A DNA stretch of 33,447 nt from a virus (taxonomy: Duplodnaviria > Heunggongvirae > Uroviricota > Caudoviricetes), in IMG/VR virus record IMGVR_UViG_2734482556_000012. One strand, 5' to 3'. Shown here piece by piece: positions 15,595 through 23,786 of the stretch. Positions within the stretch are counted from its first letter, which is position 1. Every line of letters begins with the position of its first letter. The notes under the pieces were generated by a model. It was not told where the DNA came from and ran no database searches. It saw nothing but the letters and a program-made list of their open reading frames with translations. The position numbers and the translations under genes are program-made.

Positions 15595-16647
15595 ATGAAA
15601 AATACTGTAAAAATAAACAGTGTTGATTTAATCAACGCTGATTGCCTGCATTTTATTCAGTCCCTGCCTGATGATTCCATTGACCTGATTGTTACCGATC
15701 CGCCTTACTTCAAGGTGAAACCCAACGGTTGGGACAATCAGTGGAAAGGGGACGAAGATTACCTTAAGTGGCTGGACCACTGTCTGGCCCAGTTCTGGCG
15801 GGTGTTAAAACCTGCCGGAAGCCTTTACCTGTTCTGTGGGCATCGTCTGGCATCTGATATTGAGATCATGATGCGTGAACGTTTCAACGTGCTTAACCAT
15901 ATCATCTGGGCGAAGCCGTCCGGACGTTGGAATGGGTGTAATAAAGAAAGTCTGCGCGCATATTTTCCTGCCACAGAGCGCGTTCTGTTTGCTGAACATT
16001 ACCAGGGGCCATATCGCGGCAAAAGTGACGGCTATGCGGCAAAAGAAAGGGAACTCAAACAGCACATAATGGCACCGCTGATATCGTATTTCAGGGATGC
16101 TCGTGCCGAACTGGGTATAACGGCAAAACAAATTGCCGAAGCCACAGGTAAGAAAAATATGGTTTCCCACTGGTTTGGTGCCAGTCAGTGGCAGTTGCCG
16201 AATGAGGCTGACTATCGGAAGTTACAGGCACTGTTTTCCCGTATAGCGGCAGAGAAGTTTCAGGAACAACAACTGGAACAACCACACCACCAGCTGGTGG
16301 CATCTTATGATTCACTGAATCGCAAATATTCTGAATTGCTGGATGAGTTTAAATCTCTCCGGCGCTATTTCTCCGTATCAGTCTCCGTGCCTTATACCGA
16401 TGTCTGGATGCATAAACCCGTTCAGTTCTACCCGGGTAAACATCCGTGTGAGAAACCTGCGGATATGCTCCGGCAAATAATCAATGCCAGTAGTCGACCT
16501 GGTGATCTGGTTGCTGATTTTTTTATGGGATCCGGTTCCACAATAAAAGCAGCAATGGCGCTGGGGCGTCGGGCCTTAGGTGTTGAGCTTGAGTCAGAGC
16601 GGTTTAACCAGACAGTGAAAGAGATAAACGAGCTGGTGGGGAAATAA
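15595..16647 (+). CDS. beta-class DNA methyltransferase (N6A or N4C), orphan
   Basis: Motif IV VTDPPYF near the N-terminus and motif I FFMGSGST near the C-terminus, with a ~130-aa insert between; no adjacent restriction gene. Confidence 0.8.
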   Translation: MKNTVKINSVDLINADCLHFIQSLPDDSIDLIVTDPPYFKVKPNGWDNQWKGDEDYLKWLDHCLAQFWRVLKPAGSLYLFCGHRLASDIEIMMRERFNVLNHIIWAKPSGRWNGCNKESLRAYFPATERVLFAEHYQGPYRGKSDGYAAKERELKQHIMAPLISYFRDARAELGITAKQIAEATGKKNMVSHWFGASQWQLPNEADYRKLQALFSRIAAEKFQEQQLEQPHHQLVASYDSLNRKYSELLDEFKSLRRYFSVSVSVPYTDVWMHKPVQFYPGKHPCEKPADMLRQIINASSRPGDLVADFFMGSGSTIKAAMALGRRALGVELESERFNQTVKEINELVGK

Positions 16648-16653
16648 TCTGGT

Positions 16654-16676
16654 GGCCACGTAGGTGGCCTTTTTAT
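16654..16676 (+). terminator. rho-independent terminator after the MTase gene
   Basis: GGCCAC/GTGGCC stem with 4-nt loop, then CTTTTTATTT. Confidence 0.5.
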
Positions 16677-16713
16677 TTCCATTACACAGCACCCGCATCT
16701 GCGAGGTGGGGTT

Positions 16714-16929
16714 ATGAAATCCATGGATAAGTTAACAACGGGTGTCGCCTATGGCACCTCAGCAGGTAGTGCCGGGTACTGGTTTTTACAGTTGCTCGAT
16801 AAAGTCACGCCCTCACAGTGGGCGGCAATAGGTGTGCTGGGTAGTCTGGTATTTGGCTTGCTGACGTATCTGACAAACCTTTATTTCAAGATTAAAGAAG
16901 ATAAGCGTAAGGCTGCACGGGGAGAGTAA
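16714..16929 (+). CDS. S: class II holin, phage-21 S-type pinholin with dual start (MKSM)
   Basis: 71 aa, two TMDs, near-identical by eye to S21 ([17 protein letters not shown]...[10 protein letters not shown]...[18 protein letters not shown]); GAGGTGGGG RBS. Confidence 0.85.
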
Positions 16930-16933
16930 TTCA

Positions 16934-17278
16934 ATGACTCAAAACTATGAACTGATTGTGAAAGGGATCCGCAATTTTGAGAATAAAGTTACGGTAACTT
17001 TAGCGTTACGGGACAAAAAACGCTTTGACGGTGAAATTTTAGACCTGGACATCTCGCTGGACCGTGTTGAAGGTGCCGCGCTGGAGTTTTATGAGGCAGC
17101 AGCCAGAAGGAGCATCAGACAGGTCTTCCTGGATGTTGCTGCCGGGTTATGTGAAGGGGATGAGCAGTCACCGGAAAAGCGCCCCATAATTTTAGAGGCG
17201 CAGGGTGTGTGGATAACCTACAAAGGAAAACTGCCGGGAAGAATTACTGGTTCACTGAAGACTCCGCCGAAATGGTAA
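16934..17278 (+). CDS. hypothetical soluble protein (114 aa) inserted between holin and endolysin
   Basis: ATG 16934 with GGGGAGAG RBS; no TM segment; no family recognised. Confidence 0.4.
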   Translation: MTQNYELIVKGIRNFENKVTVTLALRDKKRFDGEILDLDISLDRVEGAALEFYEAAARRSIRQVFLDVAAGLCEGDEQSPEKRPIILEAQGVWITYKGKLPGRITGSLKTPPKW

Positions 17279-17516
17279 TTTCACCAGCATATTTTTCTTC
17301 CAGTAATACCGCCAGCCACTTGAAAGAATTTTGTTGTTGCTGGGACCATTTGGGGTTGAGTGATTCAAGCTGGAGCGATGCCAGTGTTGGTTGCATTTGT
17401 TCCTTGGGAATTGAGAATGCCAGATATGAAAATGCGACAGTAAGGGCATTTACATCATCCCGAAGCTTGGAAATGCAGTCGAGCAACTCCTGTAGAGAAA
17501 TGGTGCTATTGTCCAT
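17244..17516 (-). CDS. hypothetical protein (90 aa), antisense to the late operon
   Basis: ATG 17516 with GAGAGGA 6 nt upstream; 3' end overlaps the convergent gene by 35 nt. Confidence 0.4.
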   Translation of the reverse strand: MDNSTISLQELLDCISKLRDDVNALTVAFSYLAFSIPKEQMQPTLASLQLESLNPKWSQQQQNSFKWLAVLLEEKYAGEITISAESSVNQ

Positions 17517-17621
17517 AAACAATCCTCTCTATTGTATTTAACTATTCCTTGCCTGATTCAACAGGCCGGGACAGATAAACATATCCAGGGTTCAGAAACC
17601 GATAAATCCTGATAAATATCC

Positions 17622-18155
17622 ATGAACGCAAAAATCAGATACGGCCTGTCGGCTGCCGTTCTGGCACTGATTGCCGTCGGTGCGCCTGCGCCTGATATTC
17701 TCGACCAGTTTCTGGATGAAAAAGAAGGTAACCACACAACGGCATACCGCGATGGTTCCGGCATCTGGACCATCTGTCGTGGTGCCACAATGGTGGATGG
17801 TAAGCCCGTCATACCGGGAATGAGGCTGTCGAAGGAAAAATGCGACCAGGTTAACGCTATTGAACGTGATAAGGCGCTGGCATGGGTGGAGCGCAATATT
17901 AAAGTACCACTGACCGAACCACAGAAAGCGGGTATAGCGTCATTTTGTCCCTATAACATTGGCCCCGGTAAGTGTTTCCCGTCGACGTTTTATAAGCGGC
18001 TGAATGCCGGTGATCGTAAAGGTGCATGCGAGGCGATTCGCTGGTGGATAAAAGATGGTGGGCGCGATTGCCGCATACGTTCAAATAACTGCTATGGACA
18101 GGTTATTCGTCGTGACCAGGAAAGCGCATTAGCCTGTTGGGGGATAGATCAGTGA
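17622..18155 (+). CDS. R: SAR endolysin, T4-lysozyme-like muramidase (GH24)
   Basis: N-terminal Gly/Ala-rich SAR segment [17 protein letters not shown], then E...D...T catalytic spacing ([22 protein letters not shown]). Confidence 0.85.
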   Translation: MNAKIRYGLSAAVLALIAVGAPAPDILDQFLDEKEGNHTTAYRDGSGIWTICRGATMVDGKPVIPGMRLSKEKCDQVNAIERDKALAWVERNIKVPLTEPQKAGIASFCPYNIGPGKCFPSTFYKRLNAGDRKGACEAIRWWIKDGGRDCRIRSNNCYGQVIRRDQESALACWGIDQ

Positions 18156-18619
18156 GCAGAGTCGCCGCGATTATTTATGCTCTGGTTATCTGCATCATCG
18201 TCTGCCTGTCATGGGCTGTTAATCATTACCGTGATAACGCCACCGCCTACAAAGAGCAGCGCGACAAAAATGCCAGAGAACTGAAGCTGGCGAACGCGGC
18301 AATTACTGACATGCAGATGCGTCAGCGTGATGTTGCTGCGATCGATGCAAAATACACGAAGGAGTTAGCCGATGCGAAAACTGAAAATGAAACTCTGCAC
18401 GCTGATGTTGCCGCTGGTCGTAAGCGCCTGCGGGTCAATGCCAGTTGCTCCGCAGCCGTGCGTGAAGCCACCGGACCCACCAGCATGGATAATGCAACCA
18501 GCCCCCGACTGGCAGACACCGCTGAACGGGATTATTTCACCCTCAGAGAACGGTTGATGACGATGCAGAAGCAACTGGAAGGGGCGCAGGAATATATCCG
18601 CACCCAGCGCATTAAGTAG
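18152..18619 (+). CDS. Rz: i-spanin Rz
   Basis: Near-identical by eye to lambda Rz ([29 protein letters not shown]...); GTG start overlapping the endolysin stop. Confidence 0.85.
   Translation: MSRVAAIIYALVICIIVCLSWAVNHYRDNATAYKEQRDKNARELKLANAAITDMQMRQRDVAAIDAKYTKELADAKTENETLHADVAAGRKRLRVNASCSAAVREATGPTSMDNATSPRLADTAERDYFTLRERLMTMQKQLEGAQEYIRTQRIK
18372..18557 (+). CDS. Rz1: o-spanin Rz1 lipoprotein, embedded in Rz in the +1 frame
   Basis: Lipobox VSAC and proline-rich [30 protein letters not shown] matching lambda Rz1. Confidence 0.8.
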   Translation: MRKLKMKLCTLMLPLVVSACGSMPVAPQPCVKPPDPPAWIMQPAPDWQTPLNGIISPSENG

Positions 18620-18640
18620 CTGGAGAAAAAACACGAATCT

Positions 18641-19003
18641 GTGGTTTTTACTGAGCGCGGTGTACACGGTGGAACATATGGCGGGAAGTTTGTTGCTTAT
18701 GATTATGCAGCATGGCTAAACCCCGGATTTAAATATGCAGCCTATAAAGTCCTGGATGACTACTTCACCGGAGAACTTCAGCATCGCAACAGCTTAAGTG
18801 CGCAGCTCAATATGAAGTGTCATGAGTTTGATCAGAAAAAAGATATGGCGAGCTTCTGTGGACAAGGGCTGGCGGCATGGCGCTATACGAAGCCAGTGTT
18901 GGTCGCTGAGATTAACTCCCTGGCTAACCAGCTGCAGATAACGATCCCCGGGCTGTCCGGTATTTGCCGGTATGAAATTACCGGAAGGCGCGGTCGTTAC
19001 TGA
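18641..19003 (+). CDS. hypothetical ORF with KilA-N-like motif; non-ATG start, possibly a remnant
   Basis: YDYAAWLNPGFKYAAYKVLDDYF resembles the KilA-N/ORF6N core; no in-frame ATG near the 5' end. Confidence 0.25.
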   Translation: MVFTERGVHGGTYGGKFVAYDYAAWLNPGFKYAAYKVLDDYFTGELQHRNSLSAQLNMKCHEFDQKKDMASFCGQGLAAWRYTKPVLVAEINSLANQLQITIPGLSGICRYEITGRRGRY

Positions 19004-19266
19004 GTAACAGCAGGCATTACAGCAGCCCTTCACTGAGGGGCTGCGATAATGTGAGGAATAAAAAACCGGCAGGGGAAATCCATTGAAGATTTGCCGGTGG
19101 CAAAAGATGGCCATGCTTTTAACCTTAGTAGCAGAGTTACGGAGTTCAACAACGACCGTCGCCGTTATCTTGCTGAAAGGCGTTTCAATGATTTTCATCA
19201 ATTTATTCATCAGCAATGGTGATAATCACTCTCATTTTGGCGGGTCCTTCCGGTGGGGTGGCCTGC

Positions 19267-19287
19267 CACGGGGCGGGAGCGTCGCGG
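19267..19287. other. candidate cosN cohesive-end site
   Basis: CACG-GGGCGGGAGCGT-CGCGG resembles the recalled lambda cos junction ACG-GGGCGGCGACCT-CGCGGG; about 190 bp upstream of the Nu1-like gene, followed by an AT-rich cosB-like region. Confidence 0.45.
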
Positions 19288-19466
19288 AAAAAGGCTAGTT
19301 TTTGCATTTCCATGGCGGCGGCAGCATGTTAGGTAATTTATTGATAATTAAAAGTTATTTCTCTTTTCACCTGTACAATATTTTTTTCTCCCTGTCATTA
19401 GACCAGTTTTCAATTAATTGAAATATATAAATAAACCTGATTTTCACCTGCCAGATGGAGTTGCTT

Positions 19467-20003
19467 ATGTCAAATGTGAGCGGGATCGGTGATGCTTATT
19501 ACTGGAGTGTTTTTAAAATCGCCGAGGCCTTTGGGCTTCACCGGGACACAGTAAAAAAACGGCTCCTCGCGGCCAACACTCCTGTGGCAGCGACTGTCAG
19601 GGGGAACCCCGTTTACGCCCTGCAGCATGTCGGGCCTGCCCTGTTTAGTGTGAAGCATGAGGCAGCAGACTCTGTTCATGATCCATCCCGTATGGAGCCG
19701 AAAGAGAGAAAGGATTGGTACCAGTCTGAAAATGAAAGGATCAAGCTGGAAAAGGAGCAGCGAAAACTCATCCCCGTTGATGAAGTAGTCATCGTCTATT
19801 CGTCCATGAGAAAGGCTGTCGTCCAGGTTCTGGAGACAATTCCGGATGTTCTTGAACGCGATTGCGCCCTGACTCCTCAGGCCGTCGGCGTTGTACAGCA
19901 GGCCATTGATGACCTGCGATACACTCTTCAGGAAAAATCCTACGAGGCTTGTGCTGCTGAATTAATTCCTGATGAGGAAGGAGAGAGTCTCCAGGAGGAA
20001 TAA
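19467..20003 (+). CDS. terminase small subunit, Nu1-like
   Basis: N-terminal wHTH (IAEAFGLHRDTVKKRL) and acidic C-terminus; GGAG RBS 6 nt before ATG 19467 (alternative ATG 19455). Confidence 0.6.
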   Translation: MSNVSGIGDAYYWSVFKIAEAFGLHRDTVKKRLLAANTPVAATVRGNPVYALQHVGPALFSVKHEAADSVHDPSRMEPKERKDWYQSENERIKLEKEQRKLIPVDEVVIVYSSMRKAVVQVLETIPDVLERDCALTPQAVGVVQQAIDDLRYTLQEKSYEACAAELIPDEEGESLQEE

Positions 20004-22102
20004 TGGGTTTTTCATCAGCCCGAAATTTGGGAAGGGACATATCGGCAGGATTTTCCCCACCACGTCGCATGCCGATTTCGGAGGCTGTTAAAAAATTCAT
20101 GCGTGTTCCCAAGGGGGCTGGTAACTCGGTGCCATGGGATCCTGAACTGACACCCTACATCATTGAGCCCATGAACTGCCTGGCATCGCGTGAATACGAT
20201 GCGGTGATTTTTGTTGGTCCTGCGCGAACAGGGAAGACCATTGGTCTGATCGATGGATGGATTGTCTATACCATCGTTTGCGATCCTTCGGACATGCTCG
20301 TTGTGCAGATGACCGAAGATAAGGCCCGCGAGCATTCTAAAAAGCGCCTCGACAGAACGTTCAGAAGCAGTGCGGCGGTAAAGAAAAGAATGAGTCCACG
20401 TCGTAACGACAATAATGTTCATGATAAGACGTTCAGGGATGGCTCGTTCCTTAAAATTGGTTGGCCCTCGGTCAACATTATGTCGTCGTCGGATTACCGG
20501 TTTGTCGCCTTAACCGATTACGACCGTTTTCCGGAGAATATCGACAGCGAGGGTGATGGTTTCTCCCTGGCCTCAAAACGTACCACCACATTTATGTCCG
20601 CCGGGATGACTCTGGTGGAGAGCTCGCCGGGACGTGACATCTGCGACAGCAAATGGCGACGTAAGTCGCCTCATGAAGCGCCACCGACGACTGGTATTCT
20701 TTCCCTTTACAATCGTGGTGACCGCCGCCGCTGGTACTGGCCATGTCCGCACTGCGGTGAATATTTTCAGCCAGCCATGGATGCCATGACCGGCTACCGT
20801 AATGAACCGGATCCCTTTAAAGCCAGTGAGGCGGCGTATCTACTTTGCCCGCACTGCAGCGGCATTATCACTGCGGAGAAAAAGCGTGAGCTCAATAGTG
20901 CAGGAGTCTGGTTGCGTGAAGGTCAGGTCATTGATCGTAACGGCAACGTTTCCGGTGAACCGCGCCGCTCCCGTATCGCCAGTTTCTGGATGGAAGGGCC
21001 AGCTGCTGCGTATCAGACCTGGGCGCAACTGGTTTACAAATTACTGACTGCAGAACAGGAGTATGAAGCGACAGGAAGCGAAGAAACACTCAGGGCGGTT
21101 ATCAACACCGACTGGGGATTGCCTTATCTTCCTCGTGCCAGCATGGAGCAACGAAAAAGTGAACTGCTTGAGCAGCGGGCAGAGCCAGTTCCTTCCCGCA
21201 GTGTGCCGGATGGCGTTAATTTCCTTGTGGCGACAGTGGATGTGCAGGCGGGACGTCATCGCCGTTTTGTGGTTCAGGTAACAGGCTATGGCAGTCGTGG
21301 CGAACGCTGGATTATTGATCGTTACAACATCACGCAGTCATTGCGCAGTGACTGCGACGGGGAGAGCCAGCGAATTGATCCGGCCAGCTATCCGGAAGAC
21401 TGGGATGTCCTGCTGACAGATGTTTTTCATAAAAGCTGGCCGCTGGCCTCCGATCCTTCTCAACAAATGCGACTTATGGCAATGGCGGTGGACTCCGGCG
21501 GTGAAGACGGGGTCACTGATAATGCCTATAAATTCTGGCGTCGTTGCCGTCGTGATGGCCTTGGTAAACGTATTTACCTGTTTAAGGGCGACAGCATCCG
21601 GCGCGCAAAACTGATCAGCCGTACATTCCCTGATAACACCGGACGAACGGGCCGACGGGCGCAGGCCGCAGGTGATGTGCCGCTCTGGCTTCTTCAGACG
21701 GATGCCCTGAAAGACCGGGTGAATAACGCGTTATGGCGTAACTCGCCAGGTCCTGGCTATGTGCATTTCCCTGACTGGCTGGGGAGCTGGTTTTACGACG
21801 AACTGACGTATGAAGAGCGGAGCAGTGACGGGAAATGGAGTAAGCCGGGTCGCGGTGCCAACGAAGCTTTTGACCTGATGGTGTATGCCGAGGCTCTGGT
21901 CATTCTGCATGGATACGAAAAGATCCGCTGGCCGGATGCACCGGAGTGGGCGAGCCGGGAAACCTGGCTGGAGTGTGTCCCGGACAGTACCGAACCGTCA
22001 CCCTCACCGGAACCGGTATCCACGCCTGTTAAAAAACAAAAACGGAAGAAAACAGTAACTGACGATGTTAACCCCTGGCTGACTTCCGGAGGATGGTTAT
22101 GA
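20003..22102 (+). CDS. terminase large subunit, lambda gpA family
   Basis: 699-aa ORF directly after the small subunit; GPARTGKT P-loop-like motif and HCGEYF...CPHC Cys cluster; GGAGGA RBS. Confidence 0.85.
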   Translation: MGFSSARNLGRDISAGFSPPRRMPISEAVKKFMRVPKGAGNSVPWDPELTPYIIEPMNCLASREYDAVIFVGPARTGKTIGLIDGWIVYTIVCDPSDMLVVQMTEDKAREHSKKRLDRTFRSSAAVKKRMSPRRNDNNVHDKTFRDGSFLKIGWPSVNIMSSSDYRFVALTDYDRFPENIDSEGDGFSLASKRTTTFMSAGMTLVESSPGRDICDSKWRRKSPHEAPPTTGILSLYNRGDRRRWYWPCPHCGEYFQPAMDAMTGYRNEPDPFKASEAAYLLCPHCSGIITAEKKRELNSAGVWLREGQVIDRNGNVSGEPRRSRIASFWMEGPAAAYQTWAQLVYKLLTAEQEYEATGSEETLRAVINTDWGLPYLPRASMEQRKSELLEQRAEPVPSRSVPDGVNFLVATVDVQAGRHRRFVVQVTGYGSRGERWIIDRYNITQSLRSDCDGESQRIDPASYPEDWDVLLTDVFHKSWPLASDPSQQMRLMAMAVDSGGEDGVTDNAYKFWRRCRRDGLGKRIYLFKGDSIRRAKLISRTFPDNTGRTGRRAQAAGDVPLWLLQTDALKDRVNNALWRNSPGPGYVHFPDWLGSWFYDELTYEERSSDGKWSKPGRGANEAFDLMVYAEALVILHGYEKIRWPDAPEWASRETWLECVPDSTEPSPSPEPVSTPVKKQKRKKTVTDDVNPWLTSGGWL

Positions 22103-22311
22103 ATCAGAATGATATTGAAGCCATGATTCAGCGTTATACGGAAGCTGAAATGGCGGTGCTGGACGGAAAATCCGTCACTTTTAATGGTCAGCAGATGACC
22201 ATGGAAAACTTATCTGAGATCCGGCAGGGGCGGCAGGAGTGGGAGCGCCGCCTTGCGGCTCTGATTACACGACGACGTGGGCATCCCGGGTACCGGCTGG
22301 CGAGGTTCTGA
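22099..22311 (+). CDS. W: head-tail joining protein gpW-like
   Basis: 70 aa ending RRRGHPGYRLARF (lambda W ends RRRGPAGF..); overlaps the terminase stop. Confidence 0.65.
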   Translation: MNQNDIEAMIQRYTEAEMAVLDGKSVTFNGQQMTMENLSEIRQGRQEWERRLAALITRRRGHPGYRLARF

Positions 22312-23786
22312 TGGCAATTCTTGATGATGTGATTGGCGTTTTTTCACCAGGATGGAAAGCGGCAAGGCTGCGTTCCCGTGCGGTGATCCAGGCTTATGAG
22401 GCCGTAAAAACGACGCGGACACACAAAGCCCGACGGGAGAACCGAACTGCCGACCAGTTAAGCCAGTACGGGGCCGTGTCGTTACGTGAGCAGGCCCGTT
22501 ACCTTGATAACAACCACGATCTGGTCATTGGTGTATTTGACAAGCTGGAAGAACGGGTGGTGGGGAAAAACGGGATTATTGTCGAGCCACATCCGGTATT
22601 ACGCAATGGGGCCATTGCCCGTGATCTGGCAGCGGAGATACGTACCCGATGGAGTGAATGGTCTGTCAGTCCGGAGGTCACCGGGCAGTTTACCCGTCCG
22701 ATGCTGGAACGTCTGATGCTGCGTACCTGGCTGCGCGATGGTGAGGTGTTTGCCCAGATGGTTTCCGGGCGCATAAACAGCCTGACGCCTTCTGCCGGTG
22801 TTCATTTCTGGCTGGAGGCGCTCGAGCCGGACTTTATTCCCATGACCAGTGATGAGAGTAACAGGCTGAATCAGGGCGTGTTTGTTGATGACTGGGGGCG
22901 TCCCGAAAAATATCTGGTGTATAAAAGTCGTCCTGTATCCGGACGGCAGATGGAAACCAAAGAAGTGGATGCAGAGCGAATGCTGCATCTTAAATTTGTT
23001 CGCCGTCTGCACCAGATGCGCGGGACGTCTTTATTGTCCGGTGTGCTGATCCGCCTCAGCGCCCTGAAAGAGTATGAAGATTCTGAGCTGACTGCAGCAA
23101 GGGTCGCCGCTGCTCTGGGGATGTACATCCGCAAAGGCGACGGACAGAGCTATGAAACGGATGGTAATTACAGCAAGGAGAATGAACGCGAGCTTACCAT
23201 TCAGCCAGGCATTATTTACGACGATCTGAAACCCGGCGAAGAAATCGGAATGGTGAAGTCGGATCGCCCAAATCCTAACCTTGAAACTTTTCGTAATGCT
23301 CAGTTGCGTGCCGTGGCGGCGGGCAGTCGTCTGAGTTTTTCCAGTACAGCGCGCAACTATAACGGCACTTACAGCGCCCAGCGTCAGGAGCTGGTTGAAT
23401 CCACTGATGGCTACCTGATCCTGCAGGACTGGTTTATTGGTGCCGTCACCCGCCCGATGTATCGTGCCTGGCTGAAACAGGCTGTGGCATCCGGTGTTAT
23501 CAGGCTACCCCGCGATCTTGACCGTTCTTCACTGTATACCGCGGTGTATTCCGGACCGGTGATGCCGTGGATTGATCCTGTTAAGGAGGCTGAGGCCTGG
23601 AAAATCCAGATTCGTGGTGGAGCGGCGACAGAATCAGACTGGGTACGTGCAGGTGGTCGTAATCCGGATGATGTCAAACGTCGGCGCAAGGCCGAAATTG
23701 ATGAAAACCGCAAGCTGGACCTGGTATTTGATACCGATCCGGCCAGTGATAAAGGAGGCAGCAGTGCCGCAACGAAACGACAGTAG
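22311..23786 (+). CDS. portal protein
   Basis: 491-aa ORF between W and the head protease, start overlapping the W stop; assignment by position and size. Confidence 0.7.
   Translation: MAILDDVIGVFSPGWKAARLRSRAVIQAYEAVKTTRTHKARRENRTADQLSQYGAVSLREQARYLDNNHDLVIGVFDKLEERVVGKNGIIVEPHPVLRNGAIARDLAAEIRTRWSEWSVSPEVTGQFTRPMLERLMLRTWLRDGEVFAQMVSGRINSLTPSAGVHFWLEALEPDFIPMTSDESNRLNQGVFVDDWGRPEKYLVYKSRPVSGRQMETKEVDAERMLHLKFVRRLHQMRGTSLLSGVLIRLSALKEYEDSELTAARVAAALGMYIRKGDGQSYETDGNYSKENERELTIQPGIIYDDLKPGEEIGMVKSDRPNPNLETFRNAQLRAVAAGSRLSFSSTARNYNGTYSAQRQELVESTDGYLILQDWFIGAVTRPMYRAWLKQAVASGVIRLPRDLDRSSLYTAVYSGPVMPWIDPVKEAEAWKIQIRGGAATESDWVRAGGRNPDDVKRRRKAEIDENRKLDLVFDTDPASDKGGSSAATKRQ

Noticed and set aside
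18794-19216. 140-aa minus-strand ORF between Rz and the terminase genes
   Set aside because: Cys-rich, low-complexity translation that reads through a hairpin-plus-T-tract element and abuts the candidate cos site; no RBS; probably non-coding.
19206-19313. 35-aa minus-strand ORF (MEMQKLAFFRDAPAPWQ...)
   Set aside because: Spans the candidate cosN site, which would be cut in virion DNA; no RBS.
23572-23763. Upstream extension of the 739-aa capsid ORF
   Set aside because: Overlaps the portal gene by about 200 nt; a GTG at 23764 with an AGGAGG RBS gives a start consistent with the portal stop.
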